Assembly: GCA_038824665.1 (NCBI GenBank)
Contig: JAWBBK010000001.1
Location: 224,001-288,000 of the forward strand
Origin: Acidilobaceae archaeon
Lineage (GTDB): Archaea; Thermoproteota; Thermoprotei_A; Sulfolobales; Acidilobaceae
Direction of reading: 5' to 3'
Length of the DNA: 64,000 nt
Shown: one piece after another, positions 40,937 to 50,041 of the stretch
Layout of the letters: each line of letters starts with the position of its first letter
Position numbering within the stretch: the first letter of the stretch is position 1
Made by a program: the position numbers and the translations under genes
Notes under the pieces: generated by a model
The model's input: only the letters and a program-made list of their open reading frames with translations
Told to the model about the DNA's origin: nothing
Database searches by the model: none

Positions 40937-41548
40937 AAAGAAGTCCTCCAAAGTCCTTCTTCGACTCTCGTCAAGAAACAGCTTGGAGATCACGTTTTTG
41001 AAATCACTCTCCAGCTCTGACCTCAATTGTGGGTTATAGAGAGCAGCTGCGGGATGGTATGTGACAGCAATCTTTATGTCTAAGTCTTGGATCTTCGCTC
41101 TCACAACGCTTCTCCTAGCGTTTTCGACGCTGATCCACTTCAGTCCTGCCATTTCGTAGAGAGTCTTTCCGGCAACTCTTCCTAAAGCCACTATAGCTCT
41201 AGGTCTGATGATCTCTATCTGCTTTCTGAGGAAAGGATTACACGCTCTGATCTCTTCATCTATGGGCTCTCTGTTCTCTGGAGGTCTACACTTGACTACG
41301 TTGGTTATGTAAACGTCGTTCCTTCTAACTCCTATAGACTCTAAAAGCGTTGTCAGGAGTTTGCCTGCAGCTCCTACGAAAGGTCTTCCCTCTTCATCTT
41401 CTTTTCTGCCCGGAGCCTCTCCTACAAACATGACTCGAGCAGTAAGAGGACCTTCTCCTGGGACAGCGTTGGTTCTGCTTTTAGCTAGAGGACACTTCTG
41501 ACACTTACTTATATCGGCTAAGAGCGAGAGATACTCATCTTTTACCAA
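40916..41548 (-). CDS. udg: Uracil-DNA glycosylase family 4
   Basis: CxxC Fe-S motif, GEAPG, PFVGAAG, VKCRPP.NR.P, HPAA. Confidence 0.95.
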   Translation of the reverse strand: MVKDEYLSLLADISKCQKCPLAKSRTNAVPGEGPLTARVMFVGEAPGRKEDEEGRPFVGAAGKLLTTLLESIGVRRNDVYITNVVKCRPPENREPIDEEIRACNPFLRKQIEIIRPRAIVALGRVAGKTLYEMAGLKWISVENARRSVVRAKIQDLDIKIAVTYHPAAALYNPQLRSELESDFKNVISKLFLDESRRRTLEDFFLTLEPS

Positions 41549-41631
41549 CTCTGTCCTCCGCTATAGGATTTCCTAATCGGTTTTTAAGTCTGCCAGCGAT
41601 CCGAGAAGAGATATCTGGTGTAAGGACTATT

Positions 41632-42801
41632 GTGGCATCAGAGGAGTTTGTCGTCACACCTTGGGAGGTTCGCGGTAAAGTCGATTATGACAAGCTTATA
41701 GAAGTCTTCGGCACTAAGCCTATAACTAACGAACTTTTGAAGAGGATAGAGAGCCTAGCCGGAGAGCTTCACGTCCTTTTGAGGAGACAGGTTTTCTTCT
41801 CTCACAGAGACCTAGAACTAGTGTTAAACGCTTATGAGAAAGGCGAGGGGTTCTTTCTCTATACAGGAAGAGGACCTTCAGGTCCTATGCATATAGGTCA
41901 TCTCGTGCCTTTCATTTTGACTAAGTGGATTCAAGAAAAGTTTAGAGTCAACGTCTATATAATGATCACTGATGATGAAAAGTATTTAGATGAAGAAAAG
42001 ATGAGCTTAGGCGATGTCAGAAAGTGGGCTTATGAGAACACTTTAGACATAGCGGCTTTAGGCTTTGACCCAGATAGGACCTTCATATTCCACGACATCG
42101 AGTACATCGGAAAGCTTTACCCTATGGCAATAAAGGTAGCTAAGAGATTGAACCTCAACGAAGTGAAGGCGACGTTCGGATTTACAGGGTCTACCAACAT
42201 AGGTCTGGTCTTCTATCCAGCTCTTCAGATAGTGCCTACGTTCTTCGAGAAGAGAAGATGCCTCATACCGGCAGCCATAGACCAAGACCCCTATTGGAGG
42301 CTTCAGCGAGACATAGCTGAAAGCTTTGGTTACTACAAAACAGCAGCAATACACTCTAAGTTCCTACCCCCTCTTACTGGAGTTCACGAGAAGATGAGCA
42401 CTTCTAAACCTGAAACCGCTATATTCCTTCACGACCCTCCAGAAGTCGTTAGGTTTAAGATAATGAAGTACGCTTTCTCGGGAGGTCAGCCTACTGTAGA
42501 GCTTCACAGAAAGCTAGGAGGGAACCCCGATGTAGATGTCTCGTTCCAGTGGCTTAAGATGCTCTTTGAGCCAGACGACGTCAAGCTGAAGAAGATAGAA
42601 GAAGACTATAGGAGTGGGAGAATGCTCACTGGAGAGCTCAAGGAGTATTTGATCGAGAAGCTTAATAGCTTCCTTGAAGAGTTCAGAGCTAAAAGAGAAG
42701 AAGCTAAAGAACTTCTCCGTCTCTACATGTATGACGGAAAGCTTGCTTCCACAATGTGGAGAGAAGGTCCTTGGAGCTGGGATGAACTCTCTAAGAGCTA
42801 A
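41632..42801 (+). CDS. trpS: Tryptophan--tRNA ligase
   Basis: VTPW, YTGRGPS..MHIGH, IDQDPY, KMSTS, YAFSGGQ. Confidence 0.97.
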   Translation: MASEEFVVTPWEVRGKVDYDKLIEVFGTKPITNELLKRIESLAGELHVLLRRQVFFSHRDLELVLNAYEKGEGFFLYTGRGPSGPMHIGHLVPFILTKWIQEKFRVNVYIMITDDEKYLDEEKMSLGDVRKWAYENTLDIAALGFDPDRTFIFHDIEYIGKLYPMAIKVAKRLNLNEVKATFGFTGSTNIGLVFYPALQIVPTFFEKRRCLIPAAIDQDPYWRLQRDIAESFGYYKTAAIHSKFLPPLTGVHEKMSTSKPETAIFLHDPPEVVRFKIMKYAFSGGQPTVELHRKLGGNPDVDVSFQWLKMLFEPDDVKLKKIEEDYRSGRMLTGELKEYLIEKLNSFLEEFRAKREEAKELLRLYMYDGKLASTMWREGPWSWDELSKS

Positions 42802-42837
42802 TAGTTGTAGAAGTAGCTCTGAGGGCGGTGAGGAAGC

Positions 42838-43221
42838 GTGTCGTTTGGTCTCTTCGGGCTGAAACCTCAAGACCTGGAGAAATTGCTCAAAAAGCTCGGA
42901 ATAACTGTGGAAGAGGTCGAAGCGATAAGGGTCACAGTAGAGGTCAGCGACGGGTCCTTAATGGTCTTTGATAACCCGAACGTGGTAGCGGTAATGAGAC
43001 AAAAAGACTCACCTCCTCTTCTCTACGTGGTAGGAGCTTATAGAGTCGAGAAGAGAGAAAGCGGAAAAGAGTCTCCAGCGTTCACAGAAGACGACGTGAA
43101 GCTAGTAGCTGAACAAACAGGAGCAAGTCTTGAAGAGGCTAGAAGAGCTCTTGAAGAAGCCAAAGGTGATATAGCTCTAGCTATCATGAAGCTAGCCCAA
43201 AACAGAGACATGACTAGCTAA
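42838..43221 (+). CDS. nac: Nascent polypeptide-associated complex protein
   Basis: NAC domain plus C-terminal UBA (EDDVKLVAEQTG...GDIALAI). Confidence 0.92.
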   Translation: MSFGLFGLKPQDLEKLLKKLGITVEEVEAIRVTVEVSDGSLMVFDNPNVVAVMRQKDSPPLLYVVGAYRVEKRESGKESPAFTEDDVKLVAEQTGASLEEARRALEEAKGDIALAIMKLAQNRDMTS

Positions 43222-43935
43222 CTTTCTTAGCTCTAATAGCAACTCGTTTTCGTCTCTAGCTAGGCTCAATATGAGAGGAATGCCCTCTCTTCTGGCTAGT
43301 TCTACAGCTAGGGGATCCACTCTTTCTCGAGGACCGTGGAGAACCACTATGCTCGGCTTTATCGGAGCTACTCTTACTGCGACCATAGGGCTTCTACCCA
43401 TAGCTACTCTAGTGAATATGAAGGCTCTCTCAGGAGTTAAGCCGAAGAGAATCGAGTACTGGATTCCACTCAGAGAGAGTATGGCTTTGATGCTATCTAC
43501 CACAGTGTAACCGTACACTAGTCTATCGACTTTAGCTTCTGGGTTTAGAAGTATTCCTTTAACTGAAGTTATGAACTCATCTAGCTTAACGGGGCTTTCA
43601 AACTCTCTCATGTCTATAACTACTTCAGGCATGATGCCAAAGCTAGCTGTTAGAGAGGAGACCTTCTTCCAGCTTCTCTTTTCATCGATTTCGAGAAGTG
43701 CAGAGACGAACTTTTGAACGAACTTCGCTCCAGGCACTCTTCTTCCTTTCTCGTAGTCGCTTATGACGCTAGGAGCTACGTTCATAGCTCTAGCTACTTC
43801 AGACTGAGAGATCTCAAAGTACTCTCTCCATTTTTTAAGGGCTGCAGCTATATTATCGCTAAACACTATGTCTCCAGCTATCCTCTTAGCCACAGTTTGC
43901 AACACATAGTCTTTAAGTATTATTTGCTCGGACAC
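43192..43935 (-). CDS. XRE-family HTH transcriptional regulator (conserved archaeal type)
   Basis: RIAGDIVFS, KKWRE.F.ISQ..A..M.VAPSVISDYEKGRR.PG, GRSPMVAVRV. Confidence 0.85.
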   Translation of the reverse strand: MSEQIILKDYVLQTVAKRIAGDIVFSDNIAAALKKWREYFEISQSEVARAMNVAPSVISDYEKGRRVPGAKFVQKFVSALLEIDEKRSWKKVSSLTASFGIMPEVVIDMREFESPVKLDEFITSVKGILLNPEAKVDRLVYGYTVVDSIKAILSLSGIQYSILFGLTPERAFIFTRVAMGRSPMVAVRVAPIKPSIVVLHGPRERVDPLAVELARREGIPLILSLARDENELLLELRKLASHVSVLG

Positions 43936-44030
43936 TAGCTCATCCCGAACGTATAGTTCTAGTGGGAAACTTAAAGAAGTTCCAGCACAGAGTTTGGCAT
44001 AGAGACTGAGAACTCGCTCTCAACGAGATA

Positions 44031-44133
44031 GGGCCCGTAGTCTAGCCTGGCTAGGATGCGGGGTACGCCGAGTAGAGCTGGCGCCCGAATCGGGACCCCG
44101 TGGTCCCGGGTTCAAATCCCGGCGGGCCCACCA
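44031..44133 (+). tRNA. tRNA-Pro(CGG) with 25-nt intron at non-canonical position 32/33 (44065-44089); CCA encoded
   Basis: Acceptor GGGCCCG/CGGGCCC-A-CCA, T arm CCGGG-TTCAAAT-CCCGG, anticodon stem CGGGG/CCCCG; loop UUCGGGA after removal of a BHB-type intron. Confidence 0.93.
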
Positions 44134-44137
44134 CTCT

Positions 44138-45073
44138 TCAAACATACTTAAAGGAGGCACCTTCGTTTCTAGGGTCAACTATGAAGACCTCTCCCTTTAG
44201 TCCCACCTCTTCGAGAGTTCTCTTCACTTTATCTCGGACTGAAGAGGAAGCAGTAACAGTAGTTATAGTGTAAAGAGCGGGACCCCAGCTGGACTGTGCA
44301 AGTCTTACACCTAGTTTTTCTGAAACTTCTACTACAGACTCTAAGTCTTCTCTGAATACGCCTCCTTGAACGGAGCTGAACACCATTCCTGTACCTCTCT
44401 GCATCATAGCAAGCCCTGTTAGAGCGTCTTCTAAGTCTCCTCTAGCTATTCCCGAAGCCAGTCTGAGACAGCCTGCAGACATCAGGAGTCGAGCTTCTTT
44501 GTTCGTGCTTTTAGTTAAAACATACTCCATGACTTGTTTCTCGCTGATTTCGTCTAGTCCTCTTCTTACACTCGGGAGAGCGATTACGAATCTCCAGTCT
44601 TCTGGAACCTTCAGTCTAACTAAAGGCTCGTAAGGCTTGAGCTTCGCTGGGACTCCAGACTCTACAACGAACCCTCCATACTTGAACAGAAGCGATCCGA
44701 TCGAGGAGTACTCATGGGCTCTTCTAGAGAGTTCTATCAGATCATCAATGTCAGCTTTAATTCCGTTGGCTAAAAGAGCGGCTAAAAGAGCCGCTAGAAC
44801 TGTCTGTGTAGTGCTTCCGAGACCTACATGTCTAGGGATACCTTCTAGAAGCTTCAAACAGGCTTTGAGTTTTGTTGAAAAGAGAAGCCTCTCAACGACC
44901 TCTTTAAGGTCTTCGAAGCCCTCTGTCTCAACGTTGTTGCACTTCTTGGCTTCTACTACAGCTCTGGGATAATTTATGTAGAAACCAGCTCCACCTGCAA
45001 CTATGTTCCAGCCTTCAGCATAACCTATATGATAAAAGCCAGCGTGTAGCCTGGACCCTGTAGTTACTCTCAC
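44138..45073 (-). CDS. GHMP-superfamily protein, beta-ribofuranosylaminobenzene 5'-phosphate synthase-like
   Basis: SRLHAG, PRHVGLGSTTQ, GGFVVESG, QSSWGP. Confidence 0.82.
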   Translation of the reverse strand: MRVTTGSRLHAGFYHIGYAEGWNIVAGGAGFYINYPRAVVEAKKCNNVETEGFEDLKEVVERLLFSTKLKACLKLLEGIPRHVGLGSTTQTVLAALLAALLANGIKADIDDLIELSRRAHEYSSIGSLLFKYGGFVVESGVPAKLKPYEPLVRLKVPEDWRFVIALPSVRRGLDEISEKQVMEYVLTKSTNKEARLLMSAGCLRLASGIARGDLEDALTGLAMMQRGTGMVFSSVQGGVFREDLESVVEVSEKLGVRLAQSSWGPALYTITTVTASSSVRDKVKRTLEEVGLKGEVFIVDPRNEGASFKYV

Positions 45074-45334
45074 TTTGATCTCTTCAGTTTCGCCTATGTT
45101 TAATCCCTTTAGAAGCTCGTAAAGACGGAGCTTACTAAAGTTGTGTTAAAGAGCACAGCAAAGTATTACCCGTTGGCAGAAGTTTCGTTAACTAAAGGTA
45201 TAATTTAACTGAAAGTTTACACGACTTGAATAATGCTGAGGTAGTCATATGTTCATCTTGGGATTCTCTTGACTCCAGTAGAGAGACCCTCGAATACCCT
45301 ACCTCTAAAGCAAAATCTGAATAGGAGAACAGTC

Positions 45335-45562
45335 ATGAGGTTGATTACCGTAAAGGTTCCCGAAGTCTATGTGAAGGGTATTGATGATCTAGTCAAAAGT
45401 GGAAGGTACTCAAACAGAAGTGAGGCGATAAGAGCTGCTATTAGAGAGCTACTCAAGAGAGAACTCTGGACATCTATATATTATAATGCTAGAGCTGAAA
45501 CTCTAAGCAGAACGGATGTCGGTTTCTTCAAACTACCCGACGAGATCGACGTAGAGGTCTAA
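45335..45562 (+). CDS. Ribbon-helix-helix (CopG/Arc/MetJ) transcriptional regulator
   Basis: MRLITVKVP...LVKSGRYSNRSEAIRAAIRELL; ATG 45335 after GGAG. Confidence 0.88.
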   Translation: MRLITVKVPEVYVKGIDDLVKSGRYSNRSEAIRAAIRELLKRELWTSIYYNARAETLSRTDVGFFKLPDEIDVEV

Positions 45563-47172
45563 ACGAGTTCTCTTCTCTTTTTAGCTTGCGCTTCCTCTAT
45601 AGTTCCTTTCGCTATCACTTCGTATAGAACAGCTACTTTCTTAGAGGAGGAAGGTCTAAGCAACCTCCCTAGTCTCTGTATGAACTGTCTTCTAGAACCA
45701 GTTCCTGAAACTACTACTCCAACACTGACATCAGGTACGTCTAGTCCCTCGTCTCCTACGGTGGTCACTACGAGAACTCCTGACTTCATCGATTTGAAGA
45801 GAGAGAGAGTTCTAGCTCTTTCTTCGTCTTCTAGACCTCCATGAAGAAGGAGAGCGTTAAGTCTTCTAGCTATCTCTTCAGCCTGACTTTTAAGTTGTGT
45901 AAACACTATCACCTTATTTCCTCTTTCTAGCTCTTTCTTAACTATCTCTACCACTTTCTCTAGTTTGCTCTCGCTATTGTGTATAGAGTCTAACATCTCA
46001 GAGTGAACCTTCAGAGCCTCGATCGCTGTAGGCTCTCCTCTTTTAGCGGCTTCTAGTAACTCTTGAAACGTTCTACCACGCGCTAGCTCTACGTACTTTC
46101 TCCTAAGACTTTCATAGCGTGCTCTTTCCAAAGGACTTAGTTCAACCTTTATTCTCTTTATTACAAAAGGAACCAAATACCCTCTTTCAGCTAACTCTGT
46201 TGGAGTTAGGTGATAGACCACACCTCCTACCAGAGGGAATATATCGACATGTCTCCCATCTTCGCGTTCGGGAGTAGCTGAGAGGCCTAGTCTGAAAGGA
46301 GCTGAGAGACCTAAAGCCAGCTCTTTAAACGTATTGGCTGGCAGGTGGTGGGCTTCATCGAAAACCACTAGAGCGAATTTGGAGGCAAAGACCTTAATGT
46401 TGTTTAGAGCTGACTTATAGGTCGTCACAGTTATAGGAGATATTCTCTTCTCCTCGCTATAGTAGGCTCCTACTAGGTTGCCAGCGTCGCTAAACTTTCT
46501 GAACGTCTCTATCCACTGTCTCACATGGTCTCTAGTATATACCACAACTAAGGTGTTGACCGAAAGCCTTGTCGTTCCGGCAACGGCTATTAGGGTCTTG
46601 CCGGAGCCTGTAGGGAGAGCTAGGATACCTCTGTACCCGTTAGACTCCCAGGCTTTCAGAGCCTCCTCCTGATAGTCTCTAAGTTGTCCTCTGAACGAGA
46701 TCTTTCTCGGCAACTTCGCTTCTAAAAGACCAAGCTTGTCATCAATGACAAATCCTTGTTCTGAGAGCTTATTCACTACGTCTCTGTAAACATGAGCAAG
46801 AGTCTTGAAGACTTTTTCTTCAGGAGACCAGACAACGTTATCTATTCCAGCTTTCTGGAGGTAAGGCTTGAGTAAGACTTTAGATCTAATCCTGAGAAAC
46901 CCATCAGAGCCCAGATAGACCTCTACTTTGAACTCCTCTTTATAGAGTCTTTCTATCTCCTTGAGGTCTTCTGGATCTACTTTTGATATTGAGGAAAGCT
47001 TAGCCCACACGTCTCTTAAAGTCATTCCCGATTTCCTCATTTTTTCTATGTCTATTTCAAAAAGAGCTCCCTCGCTTGTACGACCTAGGTAGTTGGAGAA
47101 CTCTAAGAGGTCTCTAAACTCGTTTTCGTTGATCCAGCCTTTGATCTTGAAGCGCAGTTTTGACTCCAACAT
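45559..47172 (-). CDS. SF2 helicase, XPB/Rad25-like
   Basis: LRDYQ, PTGSGKT, DEAHH, LSATP, EGLDVP, QRLGRLLR. Confidence 0.9.
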   Translation of the reverse strand: MLESKLRFKIKGWINENEFRDLLEFSNYLGRTSEGALFEIDIEKMRKSGMTLRDVWAKLSSISKVDPEDLKEIERLYKEEFKVEVYLGSDGFLRIRSKVLLKPYLQKAGIDNVVWSPEEKVFKTLAHVYRDVVNKLSEQGFVIDDKLGLLEAKLPRKISFRGQLRDYQEEALKAWESNGYRGILALPTGSGKTLIAVAGTTRLSVNTLVVVYTRDHVRQWIETFRKFSDAGNLVGAYYSEEKRISPITVTTYKSALNNIKVFASKFALVVFDEAHHLPANTFKELALGLSAPFRLGLSATPEREDGRHVDIFPLVGGVVYHLTPTELAERGYLVPFVIKRIKVELSPLERARYESLRRKYVELARGRTFQELLEAAKRGEPTAIEALKVHSEMLDSIHNSESKLEKVVEIVKKELERGNKVIVFTQLKSQAEEIARRLNALLLHGGLEDEERARTLSLFKSMKSGVLVVTTVGDEGLDVPDVSVGVVVSGTGSRRQFIQRLGRLLRPSSSKKVAVLYEVIAKGTIEEAQAKKRRELV

Positions 47173-47185
47173 CTAACCCCAGGCT

Positions 47186-47620
47186 TTAGGGAGCCCTTCT
47201 GTAAGCTAGAACTTCTAAAGTCTTTAGACCGAGCTTCTCAACGAAGTTCTTGAGCCTTATAGCGCTATCTCCTGGAGCTATAAGCTCGAAACAATCGCCC
47301 TCTATAGCGACTTTCGAGACCTCAGGCCATTTTAACAGTTCGAACATGACCTCAACGCTAGCGTTACACTTACGTAGCCTCAAGCTATAAATTTTGAGAC
47401 AGTCGGGAGCAGACTCCACTTCTGCGACGAGCTCCTCGTTGTCAGAAAAGTGGAGTAGAAGCTCTAAGCGCGTCTCCTCTTTAACGTACAGCTCGGCTTC
47501 TACTTCGTCTACGAGTTCTGGTGATAGGATTCCAAGATCTTTCAGACAGACTCTAGAGGCTCCTGGCGTGGGTTCTAAGTCATCCCTTTGGAGTAGGTCT
47601 TCTCTTAAGTCCATAGTCAT
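47186..47620 (-). CDS. Hypothetical protein
   Basis: 144-aa acidic ORF, host-like codon usage, co-oriented with the helicase. Confidence 0.6.
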   Translation of the reverse strand: MTMDLREDLLQRDDLEPTPGASRVCLKDLGILSPELVDEVEAELYVKEETRLELLLHFSDNEELVAEVESAPDCLKIYSLRLRKCNASVEVMFELLKWPEVSKVAIEGDCFELIAPGDSAIRLKNFVEKLGLKTLEVLAYRRAP

Positions 47621-47636
47621 CGCCTTTAACGATCAA

Positions 47637-47690
47637 CATCGGTTGAGACAGGTTTCTTCACTCTTCAGACCCGTGGTCTCCTCATCAGTT
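47637..47690 (-). ncRNA. Box C/D methylation guide sRNA
   Basis: C CTGATGA (47688-47682), guide GGAGACCACGGGT, D' CTGA, C' GTGAAGA, guide AACCTGTCTCAA, D CCGA (47642-47639); TTTTTA TATA-like box ~25 nt upstream. Confidence 0.85.
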
Positions 47691-47719
47691 TTCTCAGCTT
47701 AGCCTCAGGCTAAAAAGCT

Positions 47720-48853
47720 CTAGAACTCTATAACTTTAGCGAATCTCGTTAGGACCTTTCTGCCTTTCTCAGTAACTAGGACTAGGTCTTCAACTCTGGC
47801 TCCGAAAACGCCCTCTATGTAAACTCCTGGCTCTACAGTTACGACCATGTTCTTTTCTAGAACTCTTTTTGAACCTGGTCTAAGATATGGCTCTTCATGA
47901 ATCTCTATGCCGACTCCGTGTCCTACGCCGTGAACGAAGAAGCGAGACAGCCCTCTCTTTTCTAGAACTCTCCTAGCAGCGTTATCGGGTTCCCAAGCTT
48001 CAACTCCTGGAGCTACTACGTCGATAGCTGCTTCTTGAGCTTCTATTAGAGTCTCAATCAATCTTCTGTATTCCTCTCGGTTCCCACTTGAGCCCCACCA
48101 GAAGCTTCTGGTCAAGTCGCTAGAATAGCCTTCGCTTATAGCGCCGAGGTCGATTAGCACAGGGCCTGGTACGCTTAATTTCGTTTGAGAGGAAACATGA
48201 TGAGGATAGGCTGTGTTCGAATAGAACGCTACTATAGGCTCGAAAGAGGTCTTCCAGCCTCCTAATCTCTTGACCTCGTAGTCTATAAGTCCAGCTAGCT
48301 CGGTCTCAGTAACTCCTGAGCTGAGAGAAGCTAGGACTCTGCGTAAAGTCTCCTCCGCTATTCTAGCGGCCTCCTCTATCAACTCTACTTCCCAAGACTC
48401 TTTAACAGCTCTAGTTCTTCTCAGCAGGTCGCTAACGTCCGTGGCTCTAATTTTAGCCTCTAGTTCTCGAGCTAGGTCAGCTCTAATCCAAGAAGAGTCA
48501 AGACCTATTCTTCCTTCACAACCCTTTAGGATATTAGACAAAGAGGAGACTAAAGAGTCGCCCGCTACGTCCCTGCTAGGCACATCAGCTTTTATCCCCT
48601 CCTCTCCGCCTCTGAAGTACGTTTTGATCTCTATCTCTTTAGGAGCAGAACGCAGAGTTCTAGTGTAATCTAGAAGAGGAACCAGCAGATAGTCTCCACA
48701 TCTCTCGCTCAAAACGAGAGCTCCTGAAACGCCTTTCAGTCCTAAAGTGTAAACTAGGTTCGGCTCTCCTGCGAGAACCAACGCTACAAGTCCAGACTCT
48801 TCAGCCAGTCTCTTCAGCTTAGATCTGTTGTTGGAGAAGCCTTTGTGCGACAA
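47720..48853 (-). CDS. Xaa-Pro peptidase (M24 family)
   Basis: PHH, IDLG...YSSDLTRS, HGVGHGVGIEIHEEP, TVEPGVY, RVED. Confidence 0.93.
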   Translation of the reverse strand: MSHKGFSNNRSKLKRLAEESGLVALVLAGEPNLVYTLGLKGVSGALVLSERCGDYLLVPLLDYTRTLRSAPKEIEIKTYFRGGEEGIKADVPSRDVAGDSLVSSLSNILKGCEGRIGLDSSWIRADLARELEAKIRATDVSDLLRRTRAVKESWEVELIEEAARIAEETLRRVLASLSSGVTETELAGLIDYEVKRLGGWKTSFEPIVAFYSNTAYPHHVSSQTKLSVPGPVLIDLGAISEGYSSDLTRSFWWGSSGNREEYRRLIETLIEAQEAAIDVVAPGVEAWEPDNAARRVLEKRGLSRFFVHGVGHGVGIEIHEEPYLRPGSKRVLEKNMVVTVEPGVYIEGVFGARVEDLVLVTEKGRKVLTRFAKVIEF

Positions 48854-48866
48854 GAGCTGTCCTCCG

Positions 48867-49055
48867 CTATCTAACTCGTACTCTATTCCACTTCTTGTTT
48901 TGCCAACTATACCTCCTTATTCTCCTACTCCTACCGAAACCACAGGCAGCACAGTAGCCTTTGGCTACGTTATAGGAATGTCTGCCACACCTTCTACAGG
49001 TTATATGAGTTTTACTTCTGCCATGTTTTCCCATCGATGGAGTTCCTTTGGTCAC
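48867..49055 (-). CDS. rpl37e: 50S ribosomal protein L37e
   Basis: [25 protein letters not shown]. Confidence 0.97.
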   Translation of the reverse strand: MTKGTPSMGKHGRSKTHITCRRCGRHSYNVAKGYCAACGFGRSRRIRRYSWQNKKWNRVRVR

Positions 49056-49068
49056 AAACAGACACCTC

Positions 49069-49302
49069 TCATTCTAGCTTTGCTGGGCTTACGACCACTA
49101 TGTTATCTCCTCTTATTAGAACTCGTCCTAGAGATCTTCTGTTATCTCCTTCTACTTCTTCAGTGTTGTCAAGGACTACGTTGAGGTGCTGATCGTAACT
49201 TCTCAGGATACCTCGAAACTCCTTGCCTCCTTTGACCTTCACTAGCACAGGCATTCCAATGTAGTTTCTGAGCTCTCTAAAGGCCTCACTCACTTCAAGC
49301 AC
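49069..49302 (-). CDS. Sm-like archaeal protein SmAP1
   Basis: Sm1 [12 protein letters not shown], Sm2 LIRGDNIV; conserved position next to rpl37e. Confidence 0.95.
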   Translation of the reverse strand: MLEVSEAFRELRNYIGMPVLVKVKGGKEFRGILRSYDQHLNVVLDNTEEVEGDNRRSLGRVLIRGDNIVVVSPAKLE

Positions 49303-49372
49303 CTGTGAGTCTACAGCCTTAGGGATTTAAAAACATTCTCTAAGACCTCACTGTTAGCGTAGGAGCAGACTG

Positions 49373-49873
49373 TTGAGGCCGAGTAGAAGACATCTTCTTT
49401 CTAAACGGGAGTCTAAAGCGATAGTTGAGACCTTCAAACAGCTTATCGACGAAGAGCTGAAACCGGAAGTGATCGAAGTGGCAATATTTCAAGACTTTGA
49501 GATATATATAATAGATGGGAAGCCTGCTCTCGCCAAAGTCTCAGGAGAGTTCGTGCCTCTGCTTAGCTTTCTCCTAAGTTCAAAGACAACGACAAGAATT
49601 CCAACGATATATGTAGACAGAGGAGCAACCATAGCTCTAAGTAGAGGAGCTGACCTAATGGCTCCTGGAGTTAGAAAGGTTGAGGGAGAGTTCGAAGCTG
49701 GAGCAGTCGTAGTGGTAGCTGACGAAGAGAAAAAGGCTCCTATCATGGTAGGAAAGGCTTTAGTCTCTTCAGAGGAGCTGAGGAAAGCCGTAGAGACGAA
49801 GGCTAGAGGGAAGGTAGTGATCAATCTACATCATGTAGGAGATGAGATCTGGAAGACATCAACGCTTCTCTGA
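49373..49873 (+). CDS. DUF1947/PUA-domain RNA-binding protein (MCT-1/Tma20-like)
   Basis: RHLLSKRE, VDRGA...GADLMAPGV, LHHVGDEIW. Confidence 0.9.
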   Translation: MRPSRRHLLSKRESKAIVETFKQLIDEELKPEVIEVAIFQDFEIYIIDGKPALAKVSGEFVPLLSFLLSSKTTTRIPTIYVDRGATIALSRGADLMAPGVRKVEGEFEAGAVVVVADEEKKAPIMVGKALVSSEELRKAVETKARGKVVINLHHVGDEIWKTSTLL

Positions 49874-49935
49874 GCTTGAGTTCTCAAACAGATAAATTGG
49901 AGAGAGGCATAAGGTCAGAACAGCTGGAGACTCTT

Positions 49936-49992
49936 TTACTCTTTTTCTTCTTTAGCTTTTTGTTCCTTCTTTCTCTTACACCCTTTAGCCAT
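49936..49992 (-). CDS. Putative 18-aa lysine-rich micropeptide MAKGCKRKKEQKAKEEKE
   Basis: ATG 49992, TAA 49938-49936, GGAG SD 8 nt upstream, ATTATAA TATA-like box at 50037-50031. Confidence 0.45.
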   Translation of the reverse strand: MAKGCKRKKEQKAKEEKE

Positions 49993-50041
49993 AGCAGTTT
50001 CTCCACTCGTTCACGTTATTCCGCTAAGCCTTATAATAGGT

